From Podarcis muralis (lineage: Eukaryota): a DNA stretch of 64,000 bases. Shown piece by piece: positions 12,143-24,755 of this stretch. The position numbers were made by a program, and so were the translations under genes. The stretch is from the NCBI RefSeq assembly GCF_964188315.1, contig NC_135667.1, positions 12,710,001 through 12,774,000 on the forward strand, given 5' to 3'. Under the pieces are notes generated by a model that did no database searches, was not told the origin of the DNA, and worked only from the letters and a program-made list of their open reading frames with translations. Each line of letters begins with the position of its first letter. The first letter of the stretch is position 1.

Positions 12143-13155
12143 TACTTAGCCCGGGGGATGACTTGTCTAGCAGCTTAAATGAAATGTCTCTGAGCATGCA
12201 CAAAGTGAATTTCGGCCAGTATTAAGTGCCCACAGCCTTCTTTACTCACCCAGGGATTAGATTTTCAGGGCAAAGGGGTGTGATTTCCAAAAAATGATCC
12301 CAAATATTCTCTATCTCTCTCCTTTTGAAAACGTGGCTACTAGTCACAGTGGCCAGCCTGTCGCTGAATACCATTCACCAGGAATCACAGGTGAGGAGAG
12401 TGCTGCTGTGCTCAGGTCCAGCTTCCCATAGGCATTTAGTTGGCCACTGTGAGAAGAAGGTGCTGGACTAGATGGGACTTGGGCCTGATCCAGCAGACCT
12501 CACATGCAGACTCTGCTGCATATGTAGATCACATCTTCCCTATGACGACCGGAGAAATATATTGTCCCAGGCACCAGGCCATAAGGCACCATAATAATGC
12601 ATTGCTCCTGCAGATCTGAGAGCATAGTACAATCAATAAAACAGTAAAAAGGGGCCGCTGAGGGAATAGTCTGAGGGGATGCGATGCCGTAGATGTGTTA
12701 ACACTTAGAGGATCCACAGGCTGGTAAGTGCCAGAGGCTGATGGGAAACCACTTTGAGGTTCCTGGAGGAAGCGCTAATAAAGTCTTTAAAAAGCAAAGC
12801 AAAACAGCCAGTAACAAGGACCAAAGGAAAATGCAACGCAGTTCAGTCTAAACCAGAGGTTTTCAACCTTTTTGAGTCCATGGCTCCGTTGACCAACTAC
12901 ATCCTTTCTGTGGCTCCCCTGTGGGGAAGCAGGCATTGAGCCTCAGGAGCCCAGTTATGTCACCCCTTGCCTGCAGAACTGGAAGCCCCTCACCCCTTTC
13001 CCAACATTTCTTTGAAGAAAATAGGGACGTCCCATTCCATGATGATAATTTTGCTATTTATACTCCACACATCTTATTGGGTTGCCCCAGCCACTCTGGG
13101 CAGCTTCCAACATTTCTAAAAAAACAGTAAAGCATTAAACATAAAAACCCCTATA

Positions 13156-13409
13156 CAATGGTACCTTGGGACACTTCAGGTTACTTCAGGTTACAGACAC
13201 TTCAGGTTACAGACGCTTCGGGTTACAGACTCCACTAACCCAGAAATAGTACCTCGGGTTAAGAACTTTGCTTCAGGACGAGAACAGATATCACGCGGCA
13301 GCAGTAGCGGGAAGCCCAATTAGCTAAAGTGGTACCTCAGTTTAAGAACAGTTTCAGGTTAAGAACGGATCTCCAGAATGAATTAAGTTCTTAACCCGAG
13401 GCACCACTG
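13156..13409. mobile_element. Same Tigger-type MITE family
   Basis: Shares AACCCAGAAATAGT and CAGGTTAAGAAC internal motifs; degenerate TIRs. Confidence 0.8.
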
Positions 13410-14135
13410 GACAGGAATGCCTTCAGATGCCTCGGGGTTTGGATAACTCTCTACCCTTGACTATTTCTCCCATGAAAATAGGGACACCCTAAGGAAAAGT
13501 GGGACATTCCGGGATCAAATCAGAAACCTGGACAGCTTCTCTAAATCAGGGATGTCCCTGGAAAATAGGGACACTTGGAGGGTCTGCAACATCCTCCCTT
13601 GTTACTGTTAAGTCTTCTGTCATAGCGAGCTCAGGTGGTGAGCGACGACTGAAATACATGGCACCAAACCATGGTTCACACAATAACTGTTGCTCCCTCT
13701 GTCATAGCAAACTCAGGTGGCGAGTGCCGATCAAATTGGAGCATTCTCTGGAATGAGAGATTGATTGCTAAGGAATTGTAACTCTGTGAGGGGAATAGAG
13801 GACTTCCTAAAAACTCTCAGCACCCTCAGCAAACTATAGCTCCCAGGATTCTTTGGGGGAAGAAGCCATGACCGATTAAAGTGGGTTGATGCTGCTTTAA
13901 ATGTGCAGTGCAGACGGGGCCTAAGGTCCCATTTGTCTTTCATATCTCCTGCTACCAGATTATGGGGTGTTCAGTCTCAGACACTTGAGATCGAACCCTG
14001 GAATTTAATTATTTCATAAAATTTATACACTGCAAAATAAAAAAAACTCAAAACAGTAAAAATCAAGAAAAATGTACTATTTTAAAACATACAAAAATTA
14101 AAATACAAAAGAAAGGATTAAAATTGCCCCAGCTT

Positions 14136-14748
14136 CTTCTTCCATATGTGGTGGGAATGCCAAAGGGTTAAAGGGTTCTGGGAGGGGGTGTATAATGAAA
14201 TGAAAAAATTTTTAAGATATACTTTTGTTAAAAGACCCGAGGCCTTTCTGTTGGGATTGGTAGGAAGGGAGATAAAAAAGAAAGATCATAAGTTTTTCCT
14301 CTACGCAACAACGGCTGCAAGAATCTTATTAGCTCAAAATTGGAAATCTGAGAACTTGCCGACAATTGAGGAATGGAGAGCAAAACTGTTAGACTACGCG
14401 GAGATGGACAAGATGACAGGGAAAATTAGATATTCCAAAGACCAGAGGTTCATTAAGGATTGGGAAAATTTTACGAACTATCTGGAAAACTTGAGTGAAG
14501 GACAGATAACACTAGTGAGTTTCAAAGGAGCTCTGTAAAAAGAAAAGGGTATTGTCAAGAGAAAGAGAAGAATTAGGATGATCAATGGCAATACAAACCA
14601 AAAAATGCGAACTTTTACAAGGATATTACGGATGATTTGTGGAAAGGTTGAAGGAAGTTATACTAAACAATCTGTGAAAATGAGAATGCAACTCTTATAT
14701 TTTACATTTTTTAATATGCAAATTAATAAAAATTATGTACAAAAAAAA
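14136..14748 (+). mobile_element. 5'-truncated L1 with ORF2 C-terminus, AATAAA and poly(A)
   Basis: Peptide MWWEC...PEAFLLG...LLAQNWK; AATAAA at 14725; 16-bp TSD AAAATTGCCCCAGCTT (14120-14135, 14749-14764) at a TT/AAAA site. Confidence 0.9.
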
Positions 14749-14905
14749 AAAATTGCCCCAGCTTTCTAAGCATCTGTATAGGCTTGTCTAAACAGGAATG
14801 CTTTTAGCAGGTGCTGAAATGACTTAGGCAGAGGATTAGAGGGGAAGTTCATCAAGCCTGCAGGTGCCACCAAACTGGGGTGGAATAATAGTAGTAGTAG
14901 TAGTA

Positions 14906-14940
<35 letters not shown>

Positions 14941-15892
14941 AATAATAGGAAAATGACTGTCAGGTCATGCTTTGCCAGGTTCTATACCTGTTTCCAGGTA
15001 GGGTTGAGAAATACTTCCTGCCTGAAACCCTGGAGATCATTCATTATGTATCCAGCATACTCATAGTCAGAACAGGCCCATTAAAATAAATGGACATGAG
15101 TAACTCAGGCTCATTAATTGTCATGTAAACGCCCCTGTTAGATATGCTCCTGGGTTCCCGTGACAGAAATAGGATTTGAGATGACCCAGACAGCACTAGG
15201 AGCTGGGACAAAAGTAAAACACACACACACACGACACACACCCTGAATTTCAGCAGAGATAAATATGAATTTCTGCATTTAGTCAGGAAGAACTGGAGGC
15301 ACAGAGTACAGGACTGGTGAAATCTGACTTGGCAGCCTTGCACGTGAACAGGACCTGAGGAGTTTTAGCAGACCACAAGCTCAAGCAACGTGACTCAGCT
15401 GTGCGATGCGTTTGCAAAAACAAAAAAGAAAAAAGAAGAGGCCAGTGCACTTCTAGGATGCATCAGCGGAAATATCGGGCCCACAAGAAGTAATGGGGCT
15501 GACCAATCCTGCTTTGGTCAGACCTCTCACTGCGTCTAGATGTGGGCACCGTCATTTAAGAAGGATGTTAGCAAACTGGAACGTGTTCAGAAATGGCAAA
15601 GGAACTTAAGTGTTAAATTGTGAGTTGGGTATGTTCAGTCATATGAAGAGATGAATGAGTGCAGCGTTGTTCAATTCTGGGTCCCCAGATGTTGTTGGAC
15701 TACAAATCCCATCACCCAAGGCAGCTTTGGCCAATGGTCAGGGAGAATGGGAGTTGTTGTAGTCCAACAACATATATGACTAGAGGTTGGGGAAACACTG
15801 ATTTAGAAACAATTTGATAACCGCCTTTAAATAGTTGAAGGGCTGACAGATAGATGATGGAGGAAAAGTGTTTTCTGTGGTTCTGCAGAAGC

Positions 15893-16398
15893 ATAATAAT
15901 AATAATAATAATAATAATAATATTTATATGCCACCCATCTGACAGGGTTTTCCCAGCCACTCTGGGCAGCAGGAGGTGGTACCAACTTGAATAAAATATT
16001 GTGGGGGCCCAAGGTAAGCCCCACCCCACATAAATGATCACATGACATTTGTGCACACACACCATTTGAATCAACTGTTTGGGGCCTGGTCCCCTCAACT
16101 GTTTTATTGTGGGGGTCGAAGCCCCCCACAGCCCCTAGGAGTTGGCTCCTATGCTGGGCAGCTTCCAACAATTATGAAACCACATTAAAAACTTCCCGAT
16201 ACAGGGCTGCCTTCAGGTGTCTTCTAAAAGTCAGATAGTTGTTTATTTCCTTGACATCTGATGGGAGGGCGTTCCACAGGGTGGGCGCCACTACCGAGAA
16301 GGCCCTCTGCCTGGTTCCCTGTAACCTCACAATGAGGGAACCACCAGAAGGCCCTCAGAGCTGGACCTCAGTGTCTGGGCTGGACAATGGGGGTGGAG
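15893..16398 (-). mobile_element. L2 3' end interrupted by a hAT MITE
   Basis: Same family as 9497-9893. Confidence 0.8.
15970..16153. mobile_element. hAT MITE nested in an L2 3' end
   Basis: Perfect 8-bp TSD CTGGGCAG (15962-15969, 16154-16161). Confidence 0.8.
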
Positions 16399-16823
16399 TT
16401 CAAATTTCAATAAAGGAGGTTTCAATTAAACCTAAGAAAGAGCTTCCAGACTATCCCTAGAGGAAGTAGCCATACTCTGAGTCAGACCAGCTCGGTATTG
16501 TCAACATCACCCACACCAAACTTTGAAAGCACATTGAGTGCACTTTTAAAGACATAGACCCCACCACCACCTAAATACTCATGGGAATTTTAGTATGTTA
16601 AAGGTGCTGGGAACTGTAGCTCCAACAGTAGTTCCTAGGACTCTTCTTGTGGGGGGAGCGATGTGCTTTCAATGTATAGTATGGATGCTGTTCAACAATG
16701 AAACAGCAGCTACAGATCATGGATGCTGGAGCAGCAGATGTCCTGCACTGGGGGGTGGGGGCGGGGCGGGCTGGCCTAGAGGACCTTTGAGGTTGCTTCC
16801 CATGCTATGATCCTGTGAAAGCA

Positions 16824-17420
16824 TCTCTTCTTCTTCTTCTTCTTTCTTTGGCGAACACTCGTAGCTGAGTAAGATTGTTTTCCATAAACATGGTTTTAAC
16901 AATGAGTCCGTAAGTGACTGTGGAGGCCAATTCTGGATCCACACATCCTTCCACAGTGGGGAGTTGATCACAGTGTGGATTTGCCAAGCGTGCCTTCCTC
17001 TCAGCACCTTTCTCAGGTTCACCTGTCTTCCCAAGTGATGTGTAAAATTTTTCGGAGACACCGTTGATGGAATCTTTCAAGGAGCTGGAGATGGCGTTTA
17101 TAAGTGGTCCATGTTTCAGAAGCATACAGTAAGGTTGGTAGTACAATAGCCTTGTAAACAAGCATTTTGGTTTCCCCGTGAATGTCCCTGTCCTCAAACA
17201 CTCTGCACTTCAATCGGGAGAAAGCCGCACTTGCAGAGCTCAGGCGATGCTGGATTTCGGCATCACTGTCGGCCCTTGTGGAAATATAACTGCCCAGGTA
17301 GGAGAAGTGATCAATATTTTCTAACGTTACAACATTGAGTTGGATTTGTGGTGCTGCAGAGGGGTTATTTTGTACTTGTTGGTGCAGCACTTTGGGTTTT
17401 TGAATGTTGAGCGATAGGTC
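16824..17420 (-). mobile_element. RTE-clade LINE 3' fragment with an internal deletion
   Basis: RT-region peptide DHFSYLGS...LLYASETW...RCLRKILHITWEDR is joined directly to the terminal SRIGLHSHLRTH segment; (GAA)n tail. Confidence 0.8.
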
Positions 17421-17520
17421 AAGCTACTAGTGAGATATGGTGACTTTGCAAAGCTTTTAACTGCGTATGCCACAAGCACCCATGATACCTCGCCGGAATG
17501 GTCTTCCACAGCCTTCGTCA

Positions 17521-17581
17521 TCATAGAATCATAGAGTTGGAAGAGACCACAAGGGCCATCGAGTCCAACCCCCTGCCAAGC
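17521..17581 (-). mobile_element. Short CR1 3' tail
   Basis: Near-identical to 63320-63372. Confidence 0.75.
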
Positions 17582-19754
17582 TGCCAAATGTTGAGGCTGG
17601 ATTCCCCCCAGAAACATAATAGAAACTGTGCTGCGTGGTACTTCGGAAAGGTCAATGGCAGAGAGGCCAGGAATCCCGGCCTGCCTCATTCCTCACTGAA
17701 GCCACATTCCTTGCCTAGTCACAGGGTTCAGTATCATAAATAAAAGCTCCTTCCCTCAACTCAGCTTCCACAATACTCTGTCCCCAGAGGCTCAAGGAAC
17801 ATAAGCGTGTCCTATTTTTGTTTTTTAAAAGCAATGTACGGCACGTGCAACACACCATCCCACAGACATAAATTGCCGGTAATTTAAAAACTAGTGTCCG
17901 ACTAATAGCCTCGATCTGTCAGATGTCTTCCCTCAAACAGGAAAAGCAGTTTTCTAAACAAATGCTATACAGAGAACCTGAAAACGTAAGGGGGAAATTC
18001 TGACAACGTGGAGCGCTTAGCATAAAAGCAAGGGCTCTCTGTGCATGCTCAGAGGGTCTGTTTGTTATTGGGGTTCTTGAAAGGTTCCAAGCCTAAGTTT
18101 CGGGCTTGGAAACAAGCACCAAGGGAGGAGGAATGGCAGGGCAGGAAAATGACTCCACAGTTGGACTTTGGCCCCTACTGACCAGCCCTACCGGTTTTTC
18201 CTGCTGGGTGATATCCAGGACTAAGGCGGAAGTCGTCCTTATCTTCAACCCTTCACGTCAGCTGGTTTATCCCAGTAAGACTCACTGTCGTGGATACATA
18301 TATTGCCAGTGGGTAAACTGAGGTAATTGGCTTTAATTGCGCAACCTGAATCGCTCTTGAAAATGGCGACAGTCTGGAAGCACCTTTGGACTCAGGCTAA
18401 CATCTCCCCCTCAGCTATAGTCCTAGGCTGGTTACTCGCCCCCCCAACCAAACAACCCTACCTCTCAGGGTTGTTGTGAAGACGGAATGCAAATGGAGGA
18501 AACCCTAATCTCTTTGGAGGAAGGTGTGGATAAAATAAGTAAGCAAATAGATAAGGATGGGGGTGGGCACTGGTGCCTGGGTTCCCTCATACTAAACAAA
18601 ACGAAAAACCACCCTTATCCATTGCGCCACACTTGGATGGATAAGGATTCTTTAGTTGTGATTCCTGCATTGCAACGGGTTGGGCTAAATGACCTTTGGG
18701 GAGCCCCTTCCAACTCTATGATGTCATGACTTGTGGATTAGCAAACTACAGTTCCCAGGATTCTTAGCTGGGGGAGGGGATGTGCTTTAACTGCATAGTG
18801 TGCTTTGCAGCCTCTCTCTCTGGAAGGCACCTGAGAGTATAACCAGCCACAAGAGAAGATGTCAGCAGTGTCATATTTATTCCTGGCTCTGGGCCTCAGA
18901 AGAATCCCGGGCCCGGCTGGGAGAAATCCAGTCTCCTGGTTTTCCTCTCCACCTGTCCTTCTTTGACCCCCATCGGATCTATCTTTGGCTTTGCTGGGTT
19001 CTCTGATAAACAGAGTGCTGGGGCTGGGGACTGCTTGCAGCCCGGGGCCGAGGTGAGCACCATCACCCCAGAGGCTTGGGTTACAGCTGAGAGAATCACC
19101 TTGGGTGCCCTTGGGCAGAGGCTGAAGCCAGGGAAACCTGCAAGAATACCCGTTCTGTGCATTTGGCACGAATCTATCTACGTCTTTCAAGGTCCAGGCA
19201 GTTCTGACAGCCACCCAGAAATGTTTTGGGTGCTTTGAGTGGTGGAAGTTGCCCCATAGAGGTGAGTGGCAGACAGCCCCACCAACCTCAGCCACCAGCC
19301 CCTGTTGGCCCGCCTTCTTCCTTACAACCAATCAGGAGGTGGCTCTGCCCGCCATTGGTATGGGCTGCATCTACATACTTCTGGTCTCCCTAGCAGTCCC
19401 AAGTGGCTCCGTGGAAGGGGTGTAGACTTCCAATTATTATTCAGCGTTATAACAAAGTTGTCACTCCATGTTCAGAAGCAGTGTACAGCAGAATGTTAGT
19501 TGCTGAGGACACATGAGTTTTCTGAAGACACCTGCTTGGGTACTATTTGAAATAGCATGGCAGACTTGAGGGGCCTCTGGACTGAGCCAGCAAATTGAGC
19601 CTTGTTCGACAAATTTACAGTTTCACCAGGAATGAAATTGCCAGGGGTTGGAGTAGATGACCATTTGGGTCCTTTCCAACGCTACAATGCTATGATTTTA
19701 CACAGTGCTTTTTTCTGGGGGGTATGCAGGGGTACACATACCCCTAAACATTTT

Positions 19755-19937
19755 CAGTTACAGATAGGTAGCCGTGTTGGTCTGCCATAGTCAAAACAAA
19801 AAAAATTCCTTCCAGTAGCACCTTAAAGACCAACTAAGTTAGTTCTTGGTATGAGCTTGGTATGCACACGAAAGCTCATACCAAGAACTAACTTAGTTGG
19901 TCTTTAAGGTGCTACTGGAAGGAATTCTTTTTGTTTT
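19755..19937. mobile_element. Penelope-like element terminus in fold-back form
   Basis: Inverted arms of about 66 bp; 13-bp TSD CCCTAAACATTTT (19742-19754, 19938-19950). Confidence 0.8.
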
Positions 19938-20224
19938 CCCTAAACATTTTGTGAATCTTTGTACTTTTGTCCATTTACAGTATTTCTTTCCCCCCAATTA
20001 GAACTATAAAATGGCGATTTTCTTGAGTCAAAATGAGAGCACCCCTAAACACATACATATATATATATTAGAAAAAAGCACTGATTTTACATATATGTAT
20101 GTTGGTGAGGCAGATGATGCATTTCAATGTAGCAATATTGCAGATCTTTCTAATATCATCATTCAGAAGATCTTCAGCAATTGTACTCACATCTGTCCCC
20201 ATATACTTCTGCTGTTTAGGAGTT

Positions 20225-20606
20225 CTAGAATCACAGCATCATAGAATTGTAGAGTTGGAAGGGACCCCGAGGGTCATCTAGTCCAGTGTTTCCCAACCTT
20301 GTGCCTCCAGCTGTTTTTGGACTACAATTCCCATCATCCCTTGCCACTGGTCTTGCTAGTCAGGGATGATGGGAGTTGTAGTTCAAAAACAGCTGGAGGC
20401 ACAAGGTTGGGAAACACTGAATTCTAGTCCAACCCCCTGCAATGCAGGATTCTCAATTTCAGCATCTGTAACAGATGGCCGTTCAACCTCTGCTTAAAAA
20501 CCTCCAAGGAAGGAGAGTCCACAACCTCCCGAGGGAGTCTGCTCCACTGTCGAACGGCTCTTACTGTCAGAAAGTTCTTCTTGATGTTGAGTCGGAATCA
20601 CCTTTC
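20225..20606 (-). mobile_element. CR1 3' fragment interrupted by a MITE and truncated by the N gap
   Basis: CATAGAATTGTAGAGTTGGAAGGGACC tail; CTGCTTAAAAACCTCCAAGGAAGGAGAGTCCAC ORF2-end signature. Confidence 0.8.
20284..20419. mobile_element. Palindromic hAT MITE nested in a CR1 tail
   Basis: Inverted arms of about 57 bp (CAGTGTTTCCCAACC...); flanks ATCTAGTC / (AA)TTCTAGTC. Confidence 0.75.
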
Positions 20607-20806
20607 NNNNNNNNNNNNNNNNNNNNNNNNNNNNNNNNNNNNNNNNNNNNNNNNNNNNNNNNNNNNNNNNNNNNNNNNNNNNNNNNNNNNNNNNNNNNNN
20701 NNNNNNNNNNNNNNNNNNNNNNNNNNNNNNNNNNNNNNNNNNNNNNNNNNNNNNNNNNNNNNNNNNNNNNNNNNNNNNNNNNNNNNNNNNNNNNNNNNNN
20801 NNNNNN
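20607..20806. other. Assembly gap (200 N)
   Basis: Run of N. Confidence 1.
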
Positions 20807-20839
20807 CCAATTTTCACAAAAGGCCTTAAAATTGCATTA

Positions 20840-21053
20840 CAGTGGTACCTTGGGTTAAGAACTTATTTCTTAACCTGAAACTGTTCTTAACCCAAGGTAC
20901 CACTTTAGCTAATGGGGCCTCCCGCTGCCGCCGTGCAATTTCTGTTCTCATCCTGAAGCAAAGTTCTTAACCTAAGGTACTATTTCTGGGTTAGCGGAGT
21001 CTGTAACCTGAAGTGTCTGTAACCTGAAGTGTCTGTATCTCAAGGTACTGCTG
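20840..21053. mobile_element. Same Tigger-type MITE family, opposite orientation
   Basis: TA-CAGTGGTACCTT ... AAGGTACTGCTG-TA. Confidence 0.8.
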
Positions 21054-22334
21054 TATATATGTTCGGAAATGGTTTGCCCGTTTTGTTGCAAGATATTGTC
21101 ACTAAACTCGACACAAGAGTCCCTCAGGTTCCACCATTTTGAAGTAGGATGTCAGACTGAAACAAAACTTTGCCGTGACTCTGCCTGTTTTCTGGCCTAG
21201 GTCCAGCTGCCTCTTGAGATCTTGTTGCCAACTTTGGCATGACAGTCCTTTGGTTGGAGTTCTCCATCGGCCTTTGGACACTGGGTGTTATTTTGATTCA
21301 AGATGGCAGGGGGGAAATACATAACTTTGGCATGACTTCACCCCCTTTTTGGCACCAGTTTGGCCACGCCTCGAGACAACATTGCCATCGGTTCCCAACA
21401 TTGGGGTGGGTGTCTTCATTGATGTTTGGAAGACAGGCACCATTTTGAATCAAGATGGCAGTCCATAATGTGACTCTGGTGTGATGTCGCCCAGTTTTTG
21501 GTGACGCACAAATTACACTATCCATTAAAAAAAATATCCATGATATATTTTTTATTTCTAAAAATACTTGGGCAGTGCCAGGCACTCCTCACTAACTTAC
21601 ATATAGATAAATCACAATGTTAGTGTCTGAATAAAATAAACATGCATGTAAATGCATAAATGGGGAGGGGTAGCTCATGAGCCTAGTCAAGGGGGGAGCA
21701 GTTGCCCCCCCCCATGAAGTAGAACAATAGAAATACTTAACTAACTGACCAATCACGTTGGTTATGCCCCCCTAACAAAAGTCCGGCCCCTCCCCAACAA
21801 AAATCCTGGCTACTCCCATGGTGGAGTTGTGTGTGTGTGTGTTTGTGAACAAGGAAAGTTTTCTGAACATTCAGCATGCAATGTTAATGTCCAAAAGTCT
21901 GGGTTTTGCTGCCCTCTGGTGTCCATAATATGCCATTGCTGCTTACATCTCTCCCCCCCCCCTTCCTTCACTACTGTTGCTGTTGTTACCATAATGGTTG
22001 CAAATGTATCTTTTTATACCAACTGCGAATCGATCCCTGCACCTTTGAAGTATTGCAGGGATCAAGATCAATTTGTGTCGAGACTGTTTTGAATCCTTTC
22101 TGTTGGCTTCCGTTTTGCTTCAAAGCAGAAATTTGGCAATGTCAAATTCAATAAATTCCTGTTTCACAACCTCCTTATCCCAAGCAACACCACCATCTCT
22201 CCATTTCTTTCCTTTTTCTTTTCCCGCTAAGGTTTCTGCTCAGAAATCGACAGAACATGAGTCCCAGTAGAGCAAGTGGACTTGAAAGAAAGTGTCCGTC
22301 TCTCTTTGTTTAATAGTCCTTAGGACTGGATTGT

Positions 22335-22680
22335 TAAAAAAATATTATTTATTGATTTTTCACAAAAAACTTTACAGATTTCAGCATGGATCATAAATTG
22401 CTTTATCCATTGGCTTCCCGTCCCCGCTTCCATGGTTTCCATATTTACCCCTAAATGCTGTATATTTCACATATAATATCCAATACATCCATGTTAACCT
22501 ATTGATCTTTATAATTAACTCTCTTAACATTCCAAGTCCTGCTCGTGTTAAAAAGTCTCAATTAAAAGTCTCTAGTCCTCAAGGAAATTTTCAACATTTT
22601 GGTCTCTAATCTTTGCTGTTAATCCTGCCAGTTCTGCATACTCCATTGTATTCAAAAGCCAATCTTCCTTTTTGAACATG
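22335..22680 (-). mobile_element. Degraded L1 3' fragment
   Basis: - strand translation around 22620-22670 resembles MEYAELAGL; T-rich tail on + strand at about 22340. Confidence 0.5.
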
Positions 22681-23120
22681 GCCCTCCAGCCCCCTCCATC
22701 TGGCCCTCAGAACTCTCCCCAGGCCAAATGCCTCACTGTTCTCCCCAACTTTGGACCGTGAATGGTTCTCCTTAGCTGTTATGTGTCCTTGGACTCCAAA
22801 AAAATGCTTTTTGCCTGCTTGGAAGGAAGATTGAGATGGCTGTTTGCCCCATTAAAGGCAGGCAAATTTATCAATTTCAGTTTCTCATTTTTCCATCTTA
22901 AGTTCATTTCTTCTCATTTCCACATCAGTTTGCCAAGGTTTTTTGTTTTTTTAAAACATCTCCTCATGAAAATGTAACAAGCATCTAGGTGCAATTTTTT
23001 TCCTGAATATACCCATTTTTTAATTCAATTTTCTCAGACATATATACACTTTCTTCATGATCTAATGCATTTTGTTATGCTATTTTCACTCACACAGGCA
23101 TTTTAAAGCACACCCTAATG

Positions 23121-23363
23121 CATGGGTAGGCAAACTAAGGCCCGGGGCCTGGATCCGGCCCAATCGCCTTCTAAATCCGGCCCACGGATGGTCTGGGAAT
23201 CAGAATGTGAATGTAGAATGAATGTGTGCTTTTATTTAAAATGCATCTCTGGGTTATTTGTGGGGCATAGGAATTTGTTCACCCCCCCCTCAAAATATAG
23301 TCCGGCCCCCCACAAGGTCTGAGGGACAGTGGACCAGCCCCCTGCTGAAAAAGTTTGCTGACC
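23121..23363. mobile_element. Same hAT MITE family
   Basis: Similar to 3899-4148 along its length; right end trimmed. Confidence 0.75.
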
Positions 23364-23823
23364 TAATATATACATTTCTGAAGTCATCATTTGGCAGCAG
23401 GCGTGTCCTGCAAAATTGGGAGAAGTGGGTGGCTTTCTTTCCTTTCAAAGGTTTCGCTTTGCGTATCGCTTTGGCAACTGTGGATTAGATAGGCCTGCTT
23501 TTAAATGGTAACTAAGCCTCAGGCCTCTCCCATTCCTAGTCCCCATCATCAGCTGCTCTCTAGCTGGTAATTTGTCCCTGACTGCAGGGCTCTGGGCTTT
23601 TTACCGGAGCCTCCAGCCGCCACCTGCAGCATGATGCTTGTTATTCCTCCAAAAAGATGCAGGCAGCAACAAAGGGGAAATGCTAGGGACTGGCAGTTAT
23701 GTCCTGCCCTCTTTCCCAAACTCCCAGGTGCTATGGGAGCTCCTCCTGGCTGCTATCTCTGCACTCCACTTCCTGGGATGTGTTTTGCATCATGCCATTG
23801 ATGCAATAATATTGCACCAGTCA

Positions 23824-24089
23824 GAAGTAAAGATAAAGGTTGAAAGAAGGAACTGCAAGATGGTTACTAAGGTGATGTGATATAGCTCACATCGTGGTGG
23901 AGGGAAGTCAGAGCGACGAAACGATAACCAATACTTATGGAGAAATGTATTTATGTTTTGATGTCTTACTGTCTATATTTGTCTATTTTTTTGTGTGTTT
24001 CTTTTTTACTCTTTGGTGAATATGTGATTTTAAAAGAGTATATATTGGAAATAAAATTTAATTTTAAAATTAAAAAATAAAATAAAAAA
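23824..24089 (+). mobile_element. L1-type 3' UTR insertion
   Basis: A-rich tail; 13-bp TSD ATTGCACCAGTCA (23811-23823, 24090-24102). Confidence 0.75.
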
Positions 24090-24167
24090 ATTGCACCAGT
24101 CATAGAAGGCTGTCCTTCCACAATAATTCTGCTTTATTAGTTGTTCTGTGATGCTTCTACAGTGTAA

Positions 24168-24181
24168 CCACTGGAGGGCAC
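24168..24181 (+). promoter_or_regulatory. Candidate CTCF site
   Basis: CCACTGGAGGGCAC has one mismatch to CCASYAGRKGGCRS and is preceded by CTACAGTG, which resembles the upstream CTCF module. Confidence 0.5.
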
Positions 24182-24405
24182 TGTTGTTCTACAGCACAAT
24201 GAAACTGGGACAAGAACACCCCTCTCAATATTATATTTGACTCATAAAATCCACAGATTGCTTGATTGTACATAAAACCCCTCAAAGCAGTTTAGAAAGA
24301 GAATAAAACAATAGAAATATCAGTAAAAACAACCCTTTAAAGCTTTCAAAAGACAAAATCAGCAGTAAATGAAAAATGTATTAAAACATACTACATGTCT
24401 GGGTA

Positions 24406-24755
24406 AAGGTAAAGGGACCCCTGACCATTAGGTCCAGTCGTGGCCGACTCGGGTTGTGGCGCTCATCTCGCTTTATTGGCCGAGGGAGCCGGCGTACAGC
24501 TTCCGGGTCATGTGGCCAGCATGACTAAGTCACTTCTGGCGAACCAGAGCAGCGCACGGAAACACCGTTTACCTTCCCGCCGGAGTGGTACCTATTTATC
24601 TACTTGTACTTTGACGTGCTTTTGAACTGCTAGGTTGGCAGGAGCAGGGACTGAGCAACTGAAGCTCACCCCGTCACGGGGATTCGAACCGCCGACCTTC
24701 CGATCATCAAGTCCTAGGCTACGTGGTTTAACCCACAGCGCCACCCGCATCCCTC
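24406..24755 (-). mobile_element. Sauria SINE, full length
   Basis: (ACCTTT)n tail; tRNA-related head with B box GGTTCGAATCC; 12-bp TSD CATGTCTGGGTA. Confidence 0.9.

Noticed and set aside
18738-19331. 197-aa ORF on - strand
   Set aside because: Non-ATG start, no recognisable domain; kept only as part of the orphan-promoter hypothesis.
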